A DNA stretch of 48,897 nucleotides, filler included, from Circinaria calcarea (taxonomy: Eukaryota): NCBI GenBank assembly GCA_051942165.1. It is 2 parts of 2 records of this genome, joined end to end, with 100 filler letters (N's around TTAATTAATTAA, not from the genome) between each part and the next. Parts side by side here need not be neighbours in the genome. Positions count along the whole stretch, not along the records: positions 1 to 24,434 come from JAVECS010000104.1; 1 more part is not named here. One strand, given 5' to 3'. Position numbers and translations under genes: made by a program. The notes under the pieces were generated by a model, which saw only the letters and a program-made list of their open reading frames with translations, had not been told where the DNA came from and ran no database searches. Position 1 is the stretch's first letter, and each line of letters opens with the position of its first letter. This document shows, in pieces, positions 12,899 through 24,534 of the stretch.

Positions 12899-15120
12899 TC
12901 AACACGTTTGAGTTCCACCTTCATCTTCGAGAACACGTCAGCGCAGCCGAGTCTGGTAGAGCATGGAGTTCCTTACTTCGGACGATTTTGGACACAGCTT
13001 GGATAAGACTGATCCCCATAACGGTCACACCAAATACTACACACACAACTGCAGGAATGGTCTTCCAGCTTCGCGTACTCAACTTGATATAACACAAAGG
13101 CGGAAGAATGTAGGCAAGCGCAGAAGCACTTGTAGCACCTATCAACTCGAAAACAGCTCCCAGGTCACAAGTTAATAGAGATAAGGTCACTGCTGAGACC
13201 ACAAGAGCGGTGGTGAAAATGAGATGCCGATTTGGATTCCAGGGGTCATCGGGAAACCAGTAATTAATCATGACTTCTCGGCATACGAAAGCTTCGAGTG
13301 GAAGGGTGGTGAGCATATTCAGGCCGAAGCAGCTGCGAGAAGTCAACAAGGCTCACATCGAATAGATCGATTGGCTTACAATCGAGCAATATTGACCATG
13401 ATGTTGTCATTCGGAAAATTATTGAGTACATTGCCCAAAGTCTTATCTCCGAAAGTCAAAAATCCTGACAGTGCCATTGCCAGGCATGCAGCCATTGAAA
13501 TAGCTGTCGAATAATGCGTGACCTTGGCAAAACGATCCATGGTAGGCTTCTTCAACGAGCCATAGATCAGGAGACTATTGTGATCTTTCCAAGCAGTTAG
13601 TCTCTCATTGCCGGCAAACGATTCCCTATATCAACGTACGACAGACGAACGCTGATCATCGTCAGTATAACCCAAACCCCGCTCACCTACGTGTTCGGCT
13701 TACCAAATGAGATGACACCAATAGCTTGGAAAACACCCCCTCTGATCAATAGTGATCCCCGCAGGTTCCCTTTCCGATCCGCCGAAACACGAACGCCTTG
13801 CGTGATGACTGTTATCAGTATAACAAGCATGCTGATCAACGCCAGTGTGGATGCTTTCGCTAACTAAGTCCTGTGAGCCCCTTAGTACCGTGAGAGGAAG
13901 TAACACAAGTCTTACTTTTGCAATATCACGGTACAACGAAAGAGGATAGGAAACACCAAGAACAAAAAGCATAATAACAGCCCGTCTATCCGTGAGGAGC
14001 CAAAGGACGGTCATATTTGGTAGCGTGGGGAATATGGCTACCATAACGTGGGGGATCGTATCACCCACGATGATACAGAAAGCTATCATGCCACCAAAAG
14101 CACTGCAGAAAGCCCCTGTTAGTCTTTGAATTTATGTGGGCCATATCGGAAGCTACCTTACAAAGCCCATTGTGCAACCTGTGGTTTCCAGTCAGCCAGC
14201 AGCGCTTGAGATTAGAGAACACCAAACAGACCGAAATAGCTATCAGGCCAGGCTTGCCATAGCAAGATTCCACAGTAGCCTGGAAAGAATTTGCACCACT
14301 GAGCTTTGAGTTTACAACGATCAAGCGGATGGTCCAGTCAACCTAGGCCAATTGTCAGGATGTTGGCATATACTGGACATTTAGCTTCGGCCAACCGTGA
14401 TAGTCAAAGCAACAAGGAGTAAGATGCCAGTGGTAAGACCGGCTTGACGAAAAGCATAGGGTTGCCCTGAAATTTTTCAATGAGTCTTGCCCGGGGACGA
14501 TTGGAGTTCTCGGGAGGAAGGGCTCCTACCAATTATACCTGCACCACTTTAAAGCGTTAGTAAGGGGGTCCTAAGGGGTAATGGAGTTGCTTATCACACA
14601 TAATGCTATTGGCCATATTCATGAAGGCACTTCTCATCCCACTCTTCGGTCTTGCACTTTCGAGCAGATCCTCTGCATTAAACCCCAAGTCCGCACTGGC
14701 AAGAGTGACACTCGGAGCTTCAATGTCCGTCAAGAGAGGAGCTCGTTGCCCTGTACTACTTCTTCTCCCACCACTTGAGTGATGTGACAGATAATCTTCT
14801 TCCTCCAGCCATGCCCCAGGTCTTGTTGACTCCGGCGCATGGCCATTGGGGGCCTGCTCGCTATTCCTTCGTTCTTCAATGTCAAAGCGGACTCTATTGG
14901 CGGTTCGGGGGGTTCGTGGAGCACCATATCCAGGGGGTCGGGACAAGGAGGACTGCCTACGGGGCGCTATCGAGAGTTGCTGGGGGCGTGGACCGGGCTG
15001 AACGACAGGGTCGGCTTCTTCGTCGTTGGTGGTGCCAGAGAGCAGAGACTCGGCTTCTTCGTGAGAAATGTCACTACTGGAATGGTTCTTGCGGACATGA
15101 ATCACACCGTCTTTGGGCAT
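12899..15120 (-). CDS. AVT2: Vacuolar amino-acid transporter, AVT2-like (Aa_trans/SLC38); 10 introns, 3 micro-exons
   Basis: KSGMRSAFMNMANSIIGAGIIGQPYA, AFGGMIAFCIIVGDTIPHV, ISFAFVCHHNS, NMLTTLPLEAFVCREV; ends NEGGTQTC-stop. Confidence 0.88.
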
Positions 15121-15353
15121 AGCGTCATCGTAGTAGCATGGCGATGGATTTGCTTTCGGCGGTTCTACATATACTGCTCACTCACGCAGATCCAACATTA
15201 CAGGTAACAAACTCGCTTACAGCCAGCCCGTGCCACAAACTACGCTGTTACGCTTTAGGAAATCACGAACATGTTGGTCTTGTATGTAATAGTGTAGATG
15301 TCTTTCAAGATGGAAATGCTCTATTTGACATTCGTTGCTACTTGGTTTGTTCT

Positions 15354-17354
15354 CTAAACACAAATCGTGTAGATTAGAAAGGTCAGAAGCACAATGACCC
15401 ATAGCACTTCATCGCCAAAAGCAGCCGCCACGGACATGTTCTCGGATGAGATAGCAGTTGTCCCTGAGGCAGAAGCTACACTAGGTCTATTGGAGTTGGG
15501 TATTGAAGAGATCTCTATAGAACCCGTAGCAGGAGAGGCACTGAGTGTTGACTGTGCAGACTCTGAGGGCTTTAGGCCTGTTGTCGGCACTGATACAGGA
15601 AGCAACGGCAGAAGCGTAGATGGCAACGAATCAGAAGCCACTACCGATAGCGATTCGATAGTACTACTAAACGCACCTGGGCCAACTGGCGAGGGCGTCA
15701 TTGAGGTAGTCGACAGAGGAGCATTTGAAGGAACAGAAGACGGAAGTGTTAATGAAGCCAACAAAACACTCGATGTTGCCTTTGTTGATAAAGACGCAGA
15801 CGCGGAAGTAGATGGATCATGGGGAAGGCTTGCAGAAGCCGATTTTTTGGCGCCAAAGCCTGTCTTTAGTCAGTAAATGTCAAGATAACCAAGCTAATCA
15901 GGCTGACCGATTCGATTATTATCCATGTCAAACACCGTATAGACGTTTTTCATAAAGGTATCACCAAGAAGCCACTGGTCTGGTCCTCCTATACGATATC
16001 CTATAATCTGGCTCTGACACCCTCCTCCTTGAATCGGGGCTCCAATGTAGTCCTTGGGAGAGATACTGTATGCCACTTTGGAAAACACGATTTCTATTGA
16101 TACCGTGGTAGAGCAGGGAATATGATAGACGGCCCCGGCTGATTGCGAGCCAGTTATTTGAGCATGTAGCACCTTCGCGTCGTCTGGAGGAAGGAGCATG
16201 AAGGATGTACCCGTATCGATGATTGCGGTATTTCCCGTCAGTTTGCAAGGGACACCATTGACTATTGCGTCGTCGACAGGGATTTCCCACTGCAACTGGT
16301 CTGATACAGTATCCGTAAAGGACAAATCACCGATGTACCTGGTGGCATCAGGGCTACCAAAGTTAATCTCGCCGTCATTGGTTCCATCGCTCGCCCTCTG
16401 CAAACTGAAGCCAAAGAGGTTTGCAGGCAGCAGCTCAGCGTCGGCCACAACCTCCATCAAGGTAGGAACACCCATGCTGTTCAGCTTCCCCCTTCCTAGT
16501 CCTATGATGCCATCCATCGGATTGTTGATAAAGTGATCTGAGGCCTCTCTGGCAGATCCAAAAGACAGCTGTAGGCTCATGCCGGCCAAGTTCATGGTGT
16601 CACTAACGACAACGCCTTCCACATCACCGGTACCGTACTGGATGGTGAAAGGCTCTTGCGTGATTTCCAAGGTACCTGAGTCTTTATTGCCGAACGTTGT
16701 ATGGGTGATACAAGCTTCAGTTATACAGTCATCTCCCATAACCCACGAACTTGGAGAACCGGTATCCATCAGCATCCAGAACTTCTCTCCCTTTGAGCCA
16801 ATGTTAACGGCAGAAAAGTATGAAAAGTCAGTGCCATCATTCTCTAGTGCTAAACTGTTCTTTTCCTTCGGCAGCACAGCGGGAACACCGTTGAACTCGT
16901 TTCCTCGCTTCTAGTACGTGATGTAGAATTAGCTCATAATTAACCTGAAACAGGACTTCCCACTCAAAGCTGAGTATGTCATATATAGACCTCTGATAAT
17001 TGCATACATTCTTAATGATCTTGCTGGCGTATTGTCGCTTAGGCATTATCATGCTTAATTAACTTGCCGCTAACTTTGGGCAGCTTGACGTATGAAGTGG
17101 TATTCTATTGCAGCAGAAAAAACGTAGAGACTTACTGCAATTGCCATTCGTCTGACCTTTAAAGTCGGAGGCGAGCCCTGACGTGGTTCTGGTGTACTGG
17201 GTCCATCGAATGCTTGGAGGATATTATCCCCCAATGATACCTCGTGTTTCTGCTGTTTGGTGAAAGCCGAAGAAGGTCGCCAGAAAAAGAGTCCCTCGAT
17301 GGACGTAATTTGACAGCCCAGCACAGAGAGCAGAAGCCATGAAGAGGAACGCAT
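15354..17354 (-). CDS. Secreted, GPI-anchored pepsin-family (A1) aspartic endopeptidase, CtsD-like
   Basis: Signal peptide, two catalytic motifs (LMDTGS, IIDTGTS), WLLGDTFMKNVYTVFD, Ser/Thr-rich stalk and hydrophobic C-terminal GPI signal. Confidence 0.9.
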
Positions 17355-18601
17355 TTTGAAGACGGGGCTAAAGGTTTGTAGGCTTAGACGTGTTGCATCA
17401 AAGCGAGTGTGCTCAAGGCGGCCTGGTTATTGCGTGTAATGACCGCCAAATATTCGCCCCAGGTTAGGCTATGTACTGTCGAAAGTTGTGAATTGCAGTC
17501 AACTTCGTAGGTCCTAAAGGTTCGTTTTAAAAAAGTGGGCTTACCCCGTCCAGATACGCCAGGCGGGAAACGAGCTCGTTCCTTGGAGATGCGAAGAGTA
17601 TTTAAGGAATTAGATATTACAGTTGACCTTGGGATTAATGTATGATACTGGCGGTGGATCCCGCCCACGCAATGTGTGTGCAAAGGCCCTCAACTCGTCA
17701 AATCAATGAGAGCCAGAGAAGGATGCGCTGGCAGCAATCAAGAGTGGTGAAACTCTCCGTGTATAAACAACAATGATCCACGATTACTGAAAAGCTGAAA
17801 TACGAACATCAAGCAAAAGAAGGAGAAGTAATCGTGTGGATAACGGACGAGATACTTGCAGACTCCAGACTTCCATTCAATCACATCGAGTACACCAAAT
17901 CAATCACCCACTCGATCTGCAACCGGGAAGACTCCTTGCGACCCCAGAAACCAACAGGCATGCTGACATCGGGCTAGTCTCAGAGGAACCCCTGGAATTC
18001 GACCACCACACGTGGAGACTCACCCGAGGACTGGTCGAAGGTCCACCAGAAGAACTCAGGGGCCGATAGATTGAGACAGAGTATGCTAGCTCAGGGGTAA
18101 AGTCGACCGTATTGGGACCAGCAAACAACCCGCAACAACCAGGTGTCTTAGCGCTTACTATCCTCCAAAGCGCCTCGGCCACGCCCGCGATCAAATCTCC
18201 TACTTGTACGACTCTTCACCATAAGGTACTTATACACTAAAGGGCCTCCGAAGCTGTTACTCTGCAATCCTGCTGGTTGCCGGGCTTGGAAGTCAGGCAA
18301 AGACTATCGACTACTAGAGTACATGCGAAGATTCCGAGGACAGTGCTGATAAGTTTCTGGAATGCTCTCTGATCAGTTGCGTATCTTGTTTCTTGATTTC
18401 AATCGTGCTCTCGTTATGCTACCAGAAAATAGAGCGACAGCTCAAAATAACATCATTACGAAGTAACGAGCGTTCGGCTCAATAAAAGGCAGGTGAAAAA
18501 CTCGCCAATTCCCCGGCCAAATGAGTCCTGTTGAACAACCCACTCCCATCGTCGCTAAATGAGCATCATAAACCACCAAGCCCTCAATACCGATGAAAAC
18601 C

Positions 18602-19279
18602 TCAGGCTTTCGCCACTTTCTTCACTCCCAACAAATCGTCGAGCAGCCCAGTCCATAGTTGCTTCACTATGCCCTGCTCCCCCGCCACTTCTTCTTTGAC
18701 ATTTCCCATAACTCTTTTCGCAGCCATGGAAACCTGTTTCGTCAGATCATACGGGTCAAGCTCTACGGCGTCGTTGTCCGTAACTTCACTCATCGCGCTG
18801 ACCCGATGAGTGTCATCGGCACTGGTGGTCGAGATCTCCGGGCGGATGACCTCCTCCACCGCTTCCTGAAGGGCACCACCCTGGCGTGGAGGATTGTAGT
18901 TGTCCGGGAGAAGCGGGATACGGAATATATGGGATGGCGAGGGTTCCTCAAGGGTGTACTGGGGCATATAGGCGAAGTCAATGGTGGACGAGTCCTTGAC
19001 TGCCTTGAGAGAGCGAGAGGTGTTGAAATGACGAGTTGCTTGAGGTTGGGCAGAGCTATACAATGATTAGCCCATATGCTTCAATCGTGGCCGGGAAATG
19101 CCGGGTTACGAGGTTGGCACGGTGGCCTCCGCCGTTGGACGAACCGGCTGGTCCGTATTCACCAGACGAGAAGAGGGAGTGGCAATGGAACCGGTAATGT
19201 GTAGACGGCGAACTTGCTGGAGGGTATTCGTGGTACGGAACCCACGAGCCACACGGACTGAACTTCGAATTGCAGCCAT
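18602..19279 (-). CDS. Conserved fungal hypothetical protein with a mitochondrial-type presequence; 1 intron
   Basis: Arg-rich, acid-free N-terminus MAAIRSSVRVARGFR; RHFNTSRSLKAVKDSSTIDFAYMP and RIPLLPDNY motifs. Confidence 0.75.
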
Positions 19280-19804
19280 TGTTTTGAACCTAGCCTCGAC
19301 AATGTTCAAGCGGATATAGAATGCAGCAGAGTAGCAGAGTCAAGACTAAATGTTTTGTCTGATCAATGTCTATCCGCTCAACGACGTCGGTCACCGACTT
19401 TACTTAGGTAGATATCATACCCCTCCCATTACTCCATGACATGTGGTCCAAGCTCCCTCAACGGGTCGGCTACTGTTGAGGGCGGGGAGATAACGGGCAT
19501 AATCGCAGTAATGGCGACTCTCCAATCAGGAATCAGAATGCCAGTTTGCTCCGCATGCTTACCTCACGTACACTACTCTAGTCATTTCCATTTATGCAAT
19601 AGCTTCTCGAGGTCACAATGTACTGTATCTTCACAAAGAATGTCAGCAACGATGACGATATCCGCAGCACCTAGTACGCGCTTGCGGGAACCTTGGGGGA
19701 AAAGAAGCCAGCGAATTCTATGTTGAAGTGTAATTGTCAAACCCTGGAACAAGTAGATATGCTCTACAGAATATCTGCTACATCAACTACCACAGCGGTG
19801 GCTA

Positions 19805-21818
19805 TCATGATGTGGGTAAAGTAACTTGCTGCACTCCATCGGTCACAGCGTCTACCAACTCCGTCCCGGCTTCCACCGGCGCTGCACCTTCTACCGCCGT
19901 CCCTTCTATGCTCTTTTCTTCCGCCTTCTTCGCTCTCTTGGCATCCTTTTTCGCCTTCTCCGCAGCCTTCTTCTCGGCTTTCTTGGCAGCAGCTTTGGCT
20001 GCGTCCTCCTCCCTTTTGAGCCTCTCCGCTTGGGTACCTCCGAACATTTCTCTCCATTCGTCCTCTTTCTTGGGGTCGATTGGCTTGAAGAGGTATTCGG
20101 CCTTTCCGATCTCGTGGCCTGGCTTAATATCGTCAGCGGTCCAGTGGTCAGGTATAAATAGGAATGGTGCGTTTAGTTGCTTGAGAATTGATTTTGATGT
20201 CCCAGGGAGATAAGGCTCGAAGATGCTGGCGCATAAGAGAATCAAGTTGACCGCAATACCGGTGACTGCTGCGGCCTTTTCTGGCTCATTTGCGGCTAGC
20301 TTGTTATCGAAGCCGTTGTCCTGCAAAAAGACATTGCCTTCCTGCGCTATTGCCATAGCGCTCTGCAGTCCCGCTCTTAATTTAACGGATTCGAGATCTT
20401 CAAGATATCTCTGAAGGTGCTTGTTGACTTCTTCCTTGACTTTGTTGAAAATTGGATCCGAGTGCATTTGGGTATAGTCCGGAATGATTGAGTTGTAGAT
20501 CTTGCTGTTGACCAACTTGATAACCCGATTCACAAAGTTACCGAGCCGAGCCACTAACTCGCTGTTATTCTGTAGGATGAAGTACTTCCACTCGAACTGG
20601 GTATCGCCCGTTTCTGGTCGGTTCGTGAGAAGGTAGTATCTCCATACATCTGCAGGTACGCCTGTATCCTTGGCGTTGTTGCCGAAGACTCCAACGCCAC
20701 GGGACTTTGAGAACTTGCCATTCTCATAATTCAAGTACTCGGTGGTCGAGAGATGATGCAGTTTAGTCCATTTATCACCGGTGGCCATCTGGCAGCCAGG
20801 AAATATGACAGTATGGAAAGGTACATTGTCTTTGCCCATGAATTGAAATAGTTGAACATCTTCTGGATTTCTCCACCATTGCTCCCACTCGTCTGTGTAG
20901 TTCGCAGTAATAGAAACGTACCCTATGCATGCATCAAACCACACATAGAAAACTTTATCTTTGTAGACTTCTTTATCCTCTTTTTCTGTAAAAACGTCGA
21001 GAGGTACCGGCACGCCCCATTTCAGATCCCGCGTTATACCCCTGTCTTTAAGGCCTTGCTTTAGCCATGAATTTGTTATTATCCTCCCATTGCTTGACCA
21101 TGCCCCCTTTTGACTCGCACTATTGACCCACTCCTCTATTCGGGGCTGGAGCTTATCGAGCAAGAGATGGATGTGCTTTGTATCCCGAGCGACTGGCGTG
21201 ACGTCCGGGTCTACTTTGCATCGAGGATTGATCAAATCCAGCGGTTCGTAGTCAACAGATTGGCATTGGTCACACTGGTCTCCACGGGCATCTTTATACC
21301 CGCACTTGGGACAGGTCCCCTCGATGTACCGATCAGCGAGAAAGGCTTTGTGCTTTTCACAGTACGGCTGTCTCGAGGTCTTTTGTACCGTAAAGTCCTG
21401 GTATAGTTTACGGAAGATACTCTGCGTTATATCCTTTTGCTGAGGTGTTGACGTACGGCCAAAAATGTCGAAGCCAATCTCGAACCACTCGTAAATCTCG
21501 GCATGAACTTTGTAGTATTTATCGCATAGCTGCTGGGGACTAACGCCCTCTTCGAGGGCCTTCGTCTCCGTGGCTGTGCCGAATTCATCTGTCCCACAAA
21601 TGTATAGAGTTGGTCGACCTCGGGCCTTGTTATACCTAGATGTTCAGCGCATTTCCGAGAAGGGTTGAGTGGTTTTCTAACCTTGAGAATACATCGGCGC
21701 TGAGTACACTTCCGACAATGTTTCCAAGATGGGGCACGTTGTTTACATATGGCAGGGCACTGGTGATTAGGATGTTTCTCTCGCCTTGCTTCGGCAGGGT
21801 CTTGATCTGCGCTTCCAT
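19805..21818 (-). CDS. MES1: Cytosolic methionyl-tRNA synthetase; 1 intron
   Basis: [18 protein letters not shown] (HIGH), zinc-knuckle cysteines, [19 protein letters not shown] (KMSKS). Confidence 0.97.
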
Positions 21819-21880
21819 GTTGATGTGCTTGAAGTTGTGAGCGTGATTAATTCCTTCATCCCGTTCCAAGCAGTGTACCA

Positions 21881-21887
21881 TGAGTCA
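21881..21887. promoter_or_regulatory. Gcn4/CpcA response element TGA(G/C)TCA in the MES1-LTO1 divergent promoter
   Basis: ATGAGTCAG about 63 nt upstream of the MetRS ATG. aaRS genes are established cross-pathway-control targets. Confidence 0.6.
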
Positions 21888-22117
21888 GACCAAGGTCAAT
21901 AAAGGATAAACGATCCAAGAACCCCCCCAATCATAGGGCTGACTTTCGGATCCTTATCTGATCCAAGTCTTCCCCCTACGACGCCCCAGATTGTAGAGGC
22001 AGGTCAGCATCAAATATCTAAGCATCTTTTACAAGCAGTACATTATACACAAGCTCGTATATATGCCAGGGTTAAATATCCGAAAGTTAAGTTGAGGAGT
22101 AACAAGTACTTGACCAT

Positions 22118-22768
22118 ATGGACGACGATCCATTCGACAGCCTCCTGGGCTTGGAGGATGAGTATTACAATGAAGGCTACACACTAGGAGAAGCCGATGG
22201 GCAACGGGCTGGTCACATTGAGGGCCGACTATTCGGACTGGAGAAGGGATTCGAAAAATATCTGGAAATGGGAAAGTTGCATGGCAAATCTATCGTATGG
22301 GGTAGCAGAGTCCCTAATCTGGAAGCGCAGCCAAAGGTAGGCGGTGGACATACGACAGATGCTGTTGGTGGCGATCATGGAGAAAATATAGGACAAGATG
22401 ATGCCAGGTCTTATCAATCTAGGAATAGTCCGGTAATAGGTGCACCGGGCTCTGCTACTGCCTCTCAACTACCCGTTCTCCTGGGGAATCTGCGAATCAA
22501 AAAACACCTCCAGACATTTCACGCTCTCGTCGAGCCCGAGAGTCTCTCTACCAGCAATAATGAGGACAGTGTATCGGACTTTGATGATCGGTTAAGGAGA
22601 GCAGAGGGGAAAGCTAAAATTATCGAAAAGCTCATCGGTGAAGAAGGTCCTTCAGCGCGTACGAGTACCATCGTTTCGCCGTCATTAGCTGGAGATCGTC
22701 GCGCTGGGACTCAGGCGAGTGGAGACGGTAGTATCGAGGACTTTAGCAGTTTGCAAGCCAGACATTGA
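22118..22768 (+). CDS. LTO1: Lto1/ORAOV1-like protein (Yae1_N, deca-GX3 motif), adaptor for Fe-S insertion into Rli1
   Basis: DPFDSLLGLEDEYYNEGYTLGEADGQRAGHIEGRLFGLEKGFEK shows a GX3 repeat; no introns. Confidence 0.75.
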   Translation: MDDDPFDSLLGLEDEYYNEGYTLGEADGQRAGHIEGRLFGLEKGFEKYLEMGKLHGKSIVWGSRVPNLEAQPKVGGGHTTDAVGGDHGENIGQDDARSYQSRNSPVIGAPGSATASQLPVLLGNLRIKKHLQTFHALVEPESLSTSNNEDSVSDFDDRLRRAEGKAKIIEKLIGEEGPSARTSTIVSPSLAGDRRAGTQASGDGSIEDFSSLQARH

Positions 22769-23618
22769 GAATGGGCACCTGATTAGTTTGTTGAGGAGAG
22801 AGCTTCTACCAGCGTACACACAGGGCTCGTCTAGAGTCATAATTGCTGCTATATGCCCTCTCTGCTGGATGTTGCCTCCAAAACGCCGGAGAGCCAATAC
22901 GGTGGCAGCTATGGTTCGAACATGATATCAAGATTTCCTTAGAAATAAATGTATGCTCCGAAAGCTCCTCTGTAGCTGCGGGTGATGAATAGCTTCCCCC
23001 TGGCTCAGGAGTAGTCAGAAAGACTGTGTCTGGAGTCAAGTGCCGTGATATATATAGGTTCGAATCAAAATCGCACATCGACAGCATGATCAACTACAAT
23101 AGGATCTCTTAGACGTCTTATTATATCGATCAAGGAGTGTTCCGGTGACTCCTGCATATCCAGCAAGTGCATCCACCATTCCAGGCATTGGAAATGTTCT
23201 TTGTTGCAAGAATCATTTAATCCCATTCACAGTCAGCTGTCTGCCTCAAGACAAACAACCGAGGACCTGGCCAGGTGACAGCTTGAGCAATGTCAAAATA
23301 CCCGACGCACGAACATGACTCCATATGCTAGCCCTCAGGCTTTTTACGCTTTCAAGTCTTCCCCTCCTGATTCTTCTACGTCGCTTGCGAAGCCGATGGG
23401 GCAATCGTCTTCTTCCCCGTTCAATGGGTTCACGTACGAAGTTGTTTTAGAAGGGGTAGGAGATGGCTGGCCTGTTTGAGCGGAGGTGCGATGTGAAGGA
23501 GACGGAAGAGTGGAAAGTAAGAGGGTGGCCGTGGAGTGAGAAGGGAGAAACGGGGAGACGGAGTTTTGTAATGAATTCGGGCATGACACCAATAGTCATT
23601 GTATAAGGAACTTTTTTC

Positions 23619-24434
23619 TTAGCTAATCATACTCCTCCTCGCCATCTCCATCGCCCCTTCCCTCGTCTTATTTCCCCCAATAAATCCACTAGCATGCACA
23701 AACACGCATCCCTCGATCCCGGTCTTCTCACTCAGCTCCTCATCCCGCACACCCCTCCACTCCTCCCTTAACGGCCTCCTACTCTCAAAACTATCTTTTG
23801 TGATACTGACGCATTGCACGCGCCATTTCGCGCCCTCGTTGGGGCTTTCGGGGTATAAAACATAGAGTACCTTTTCCTCGTCCGGTCTCGATGCTTCAAG
23901 AGAGTAGAGATGGTCTTTCCAGGGCACGCCACCATTTTTGAAAATCATTATTTGGCCAGAAGGGTCGTTTTGGTGGCGGAGGTTATAGGCGGAATGCACA
24001 AGGGTTCGGGCGGGAAGCCAGGCTTTGTGGTAGTAGGCAAGTTTGCGCAGGAACGTGGTGCCCATCAGCGATGACGCTTCGAGGAAGCGGGCGTCTTCTT
24101 CGGCTTGGAGTTGGTCGGGGGTCTTGTTTTTAAGGGATTTGGGAAGGGGGTCTGATGGGTTTGACGGTTCTTCATCATTGTAACTGTAATTCAGGTCGCT
24201 GACCAGGCTACCGAGCGTGACGCCGGAATCGTTGAAGCGCTTCTGTAGGGAAGCCGCCGATGCGGGATCGTAGACGGAGATGCCGTTGTCATTAGCGTCG
24301 AGGGCTTCGATAAATTCGGAGTAGATTTTTTCATGGAGGACGGACACTTCGGGGCTAGATTCGGGAAGGGAGGTTCGGTGCGCGATGATGGGTTTTCCAA
24401 AGTGGAGGTAGACGAGACCGGCGGAGGAAAGTTT
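23619..24434 (-). CDS. MYG1: MYG1/UPF0160 family exonuclease; 5' part lost in the assembly gap
   Basis: KLSSAGLVYLHFG, EALDANDNGI, PWKDHLY, FESRRPL..WRG.RD, FVHASGFIGGNKT. Confidence 0.93.
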   Translation of the reverse strand, partial: KLSSAGLVYLHFGKPIIAHRTSLPESSPEVSVLHEKIYSEFIEALDANDNGISVYDPASAASLQKRFNDSGVTLGSLVSDLNYSYNDEEPSNPSDPLPKSLKNKTPDQLQAEEDARFLEASSLMGTTFLRKLAYYHKAWLPARTLVHSAYNLRHQNDPSGQIMIFKNGGVPWKDHLYSLEASRPDEEKVLYVLYPESPNEGAKWRVQCVSITKDSFESRRPLREEWRGVRDEELSEKTGIEGCVFVHASGFIGGNKTREGAMEMARRSMIS

Positions 24435-24534
24435 NNNNNNNNNNNNNNNNNNNNNNNNNNNNNNNNNNNNNNNNNNNNTTAATTAATTAANNNNNNNNNN
24501 NNNNNNNNNNNNNNNNNNNNNNNNNNNNNNNNNN
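24435..24534. other. Artificial scaffold linker N44-TTAATTAATTAA-N44
   Basis: Exactly 100 nt, symmetric, with stop codons in all six frames; it truncates genes on both sides. Confidence 0.95.

Noticed and set aside
17836..18194. Overlapping short ORFs on both strands
   Set aside because: No recognisable domain or convincing gene structure.
23344..23592. 82-aa minus-strand ORF
   Set aside because: Lies directly in the MYG1 3' region, has a non-ATG start and low complexity.
24435..24534. Palindromic TTAATTAATTAA inside Ns, and an apparent decarboxylase-MYG1 fusion or adjacency
   Set aside because: Artificial six-frame-stop linker; the true distance and adjacency are unknown.
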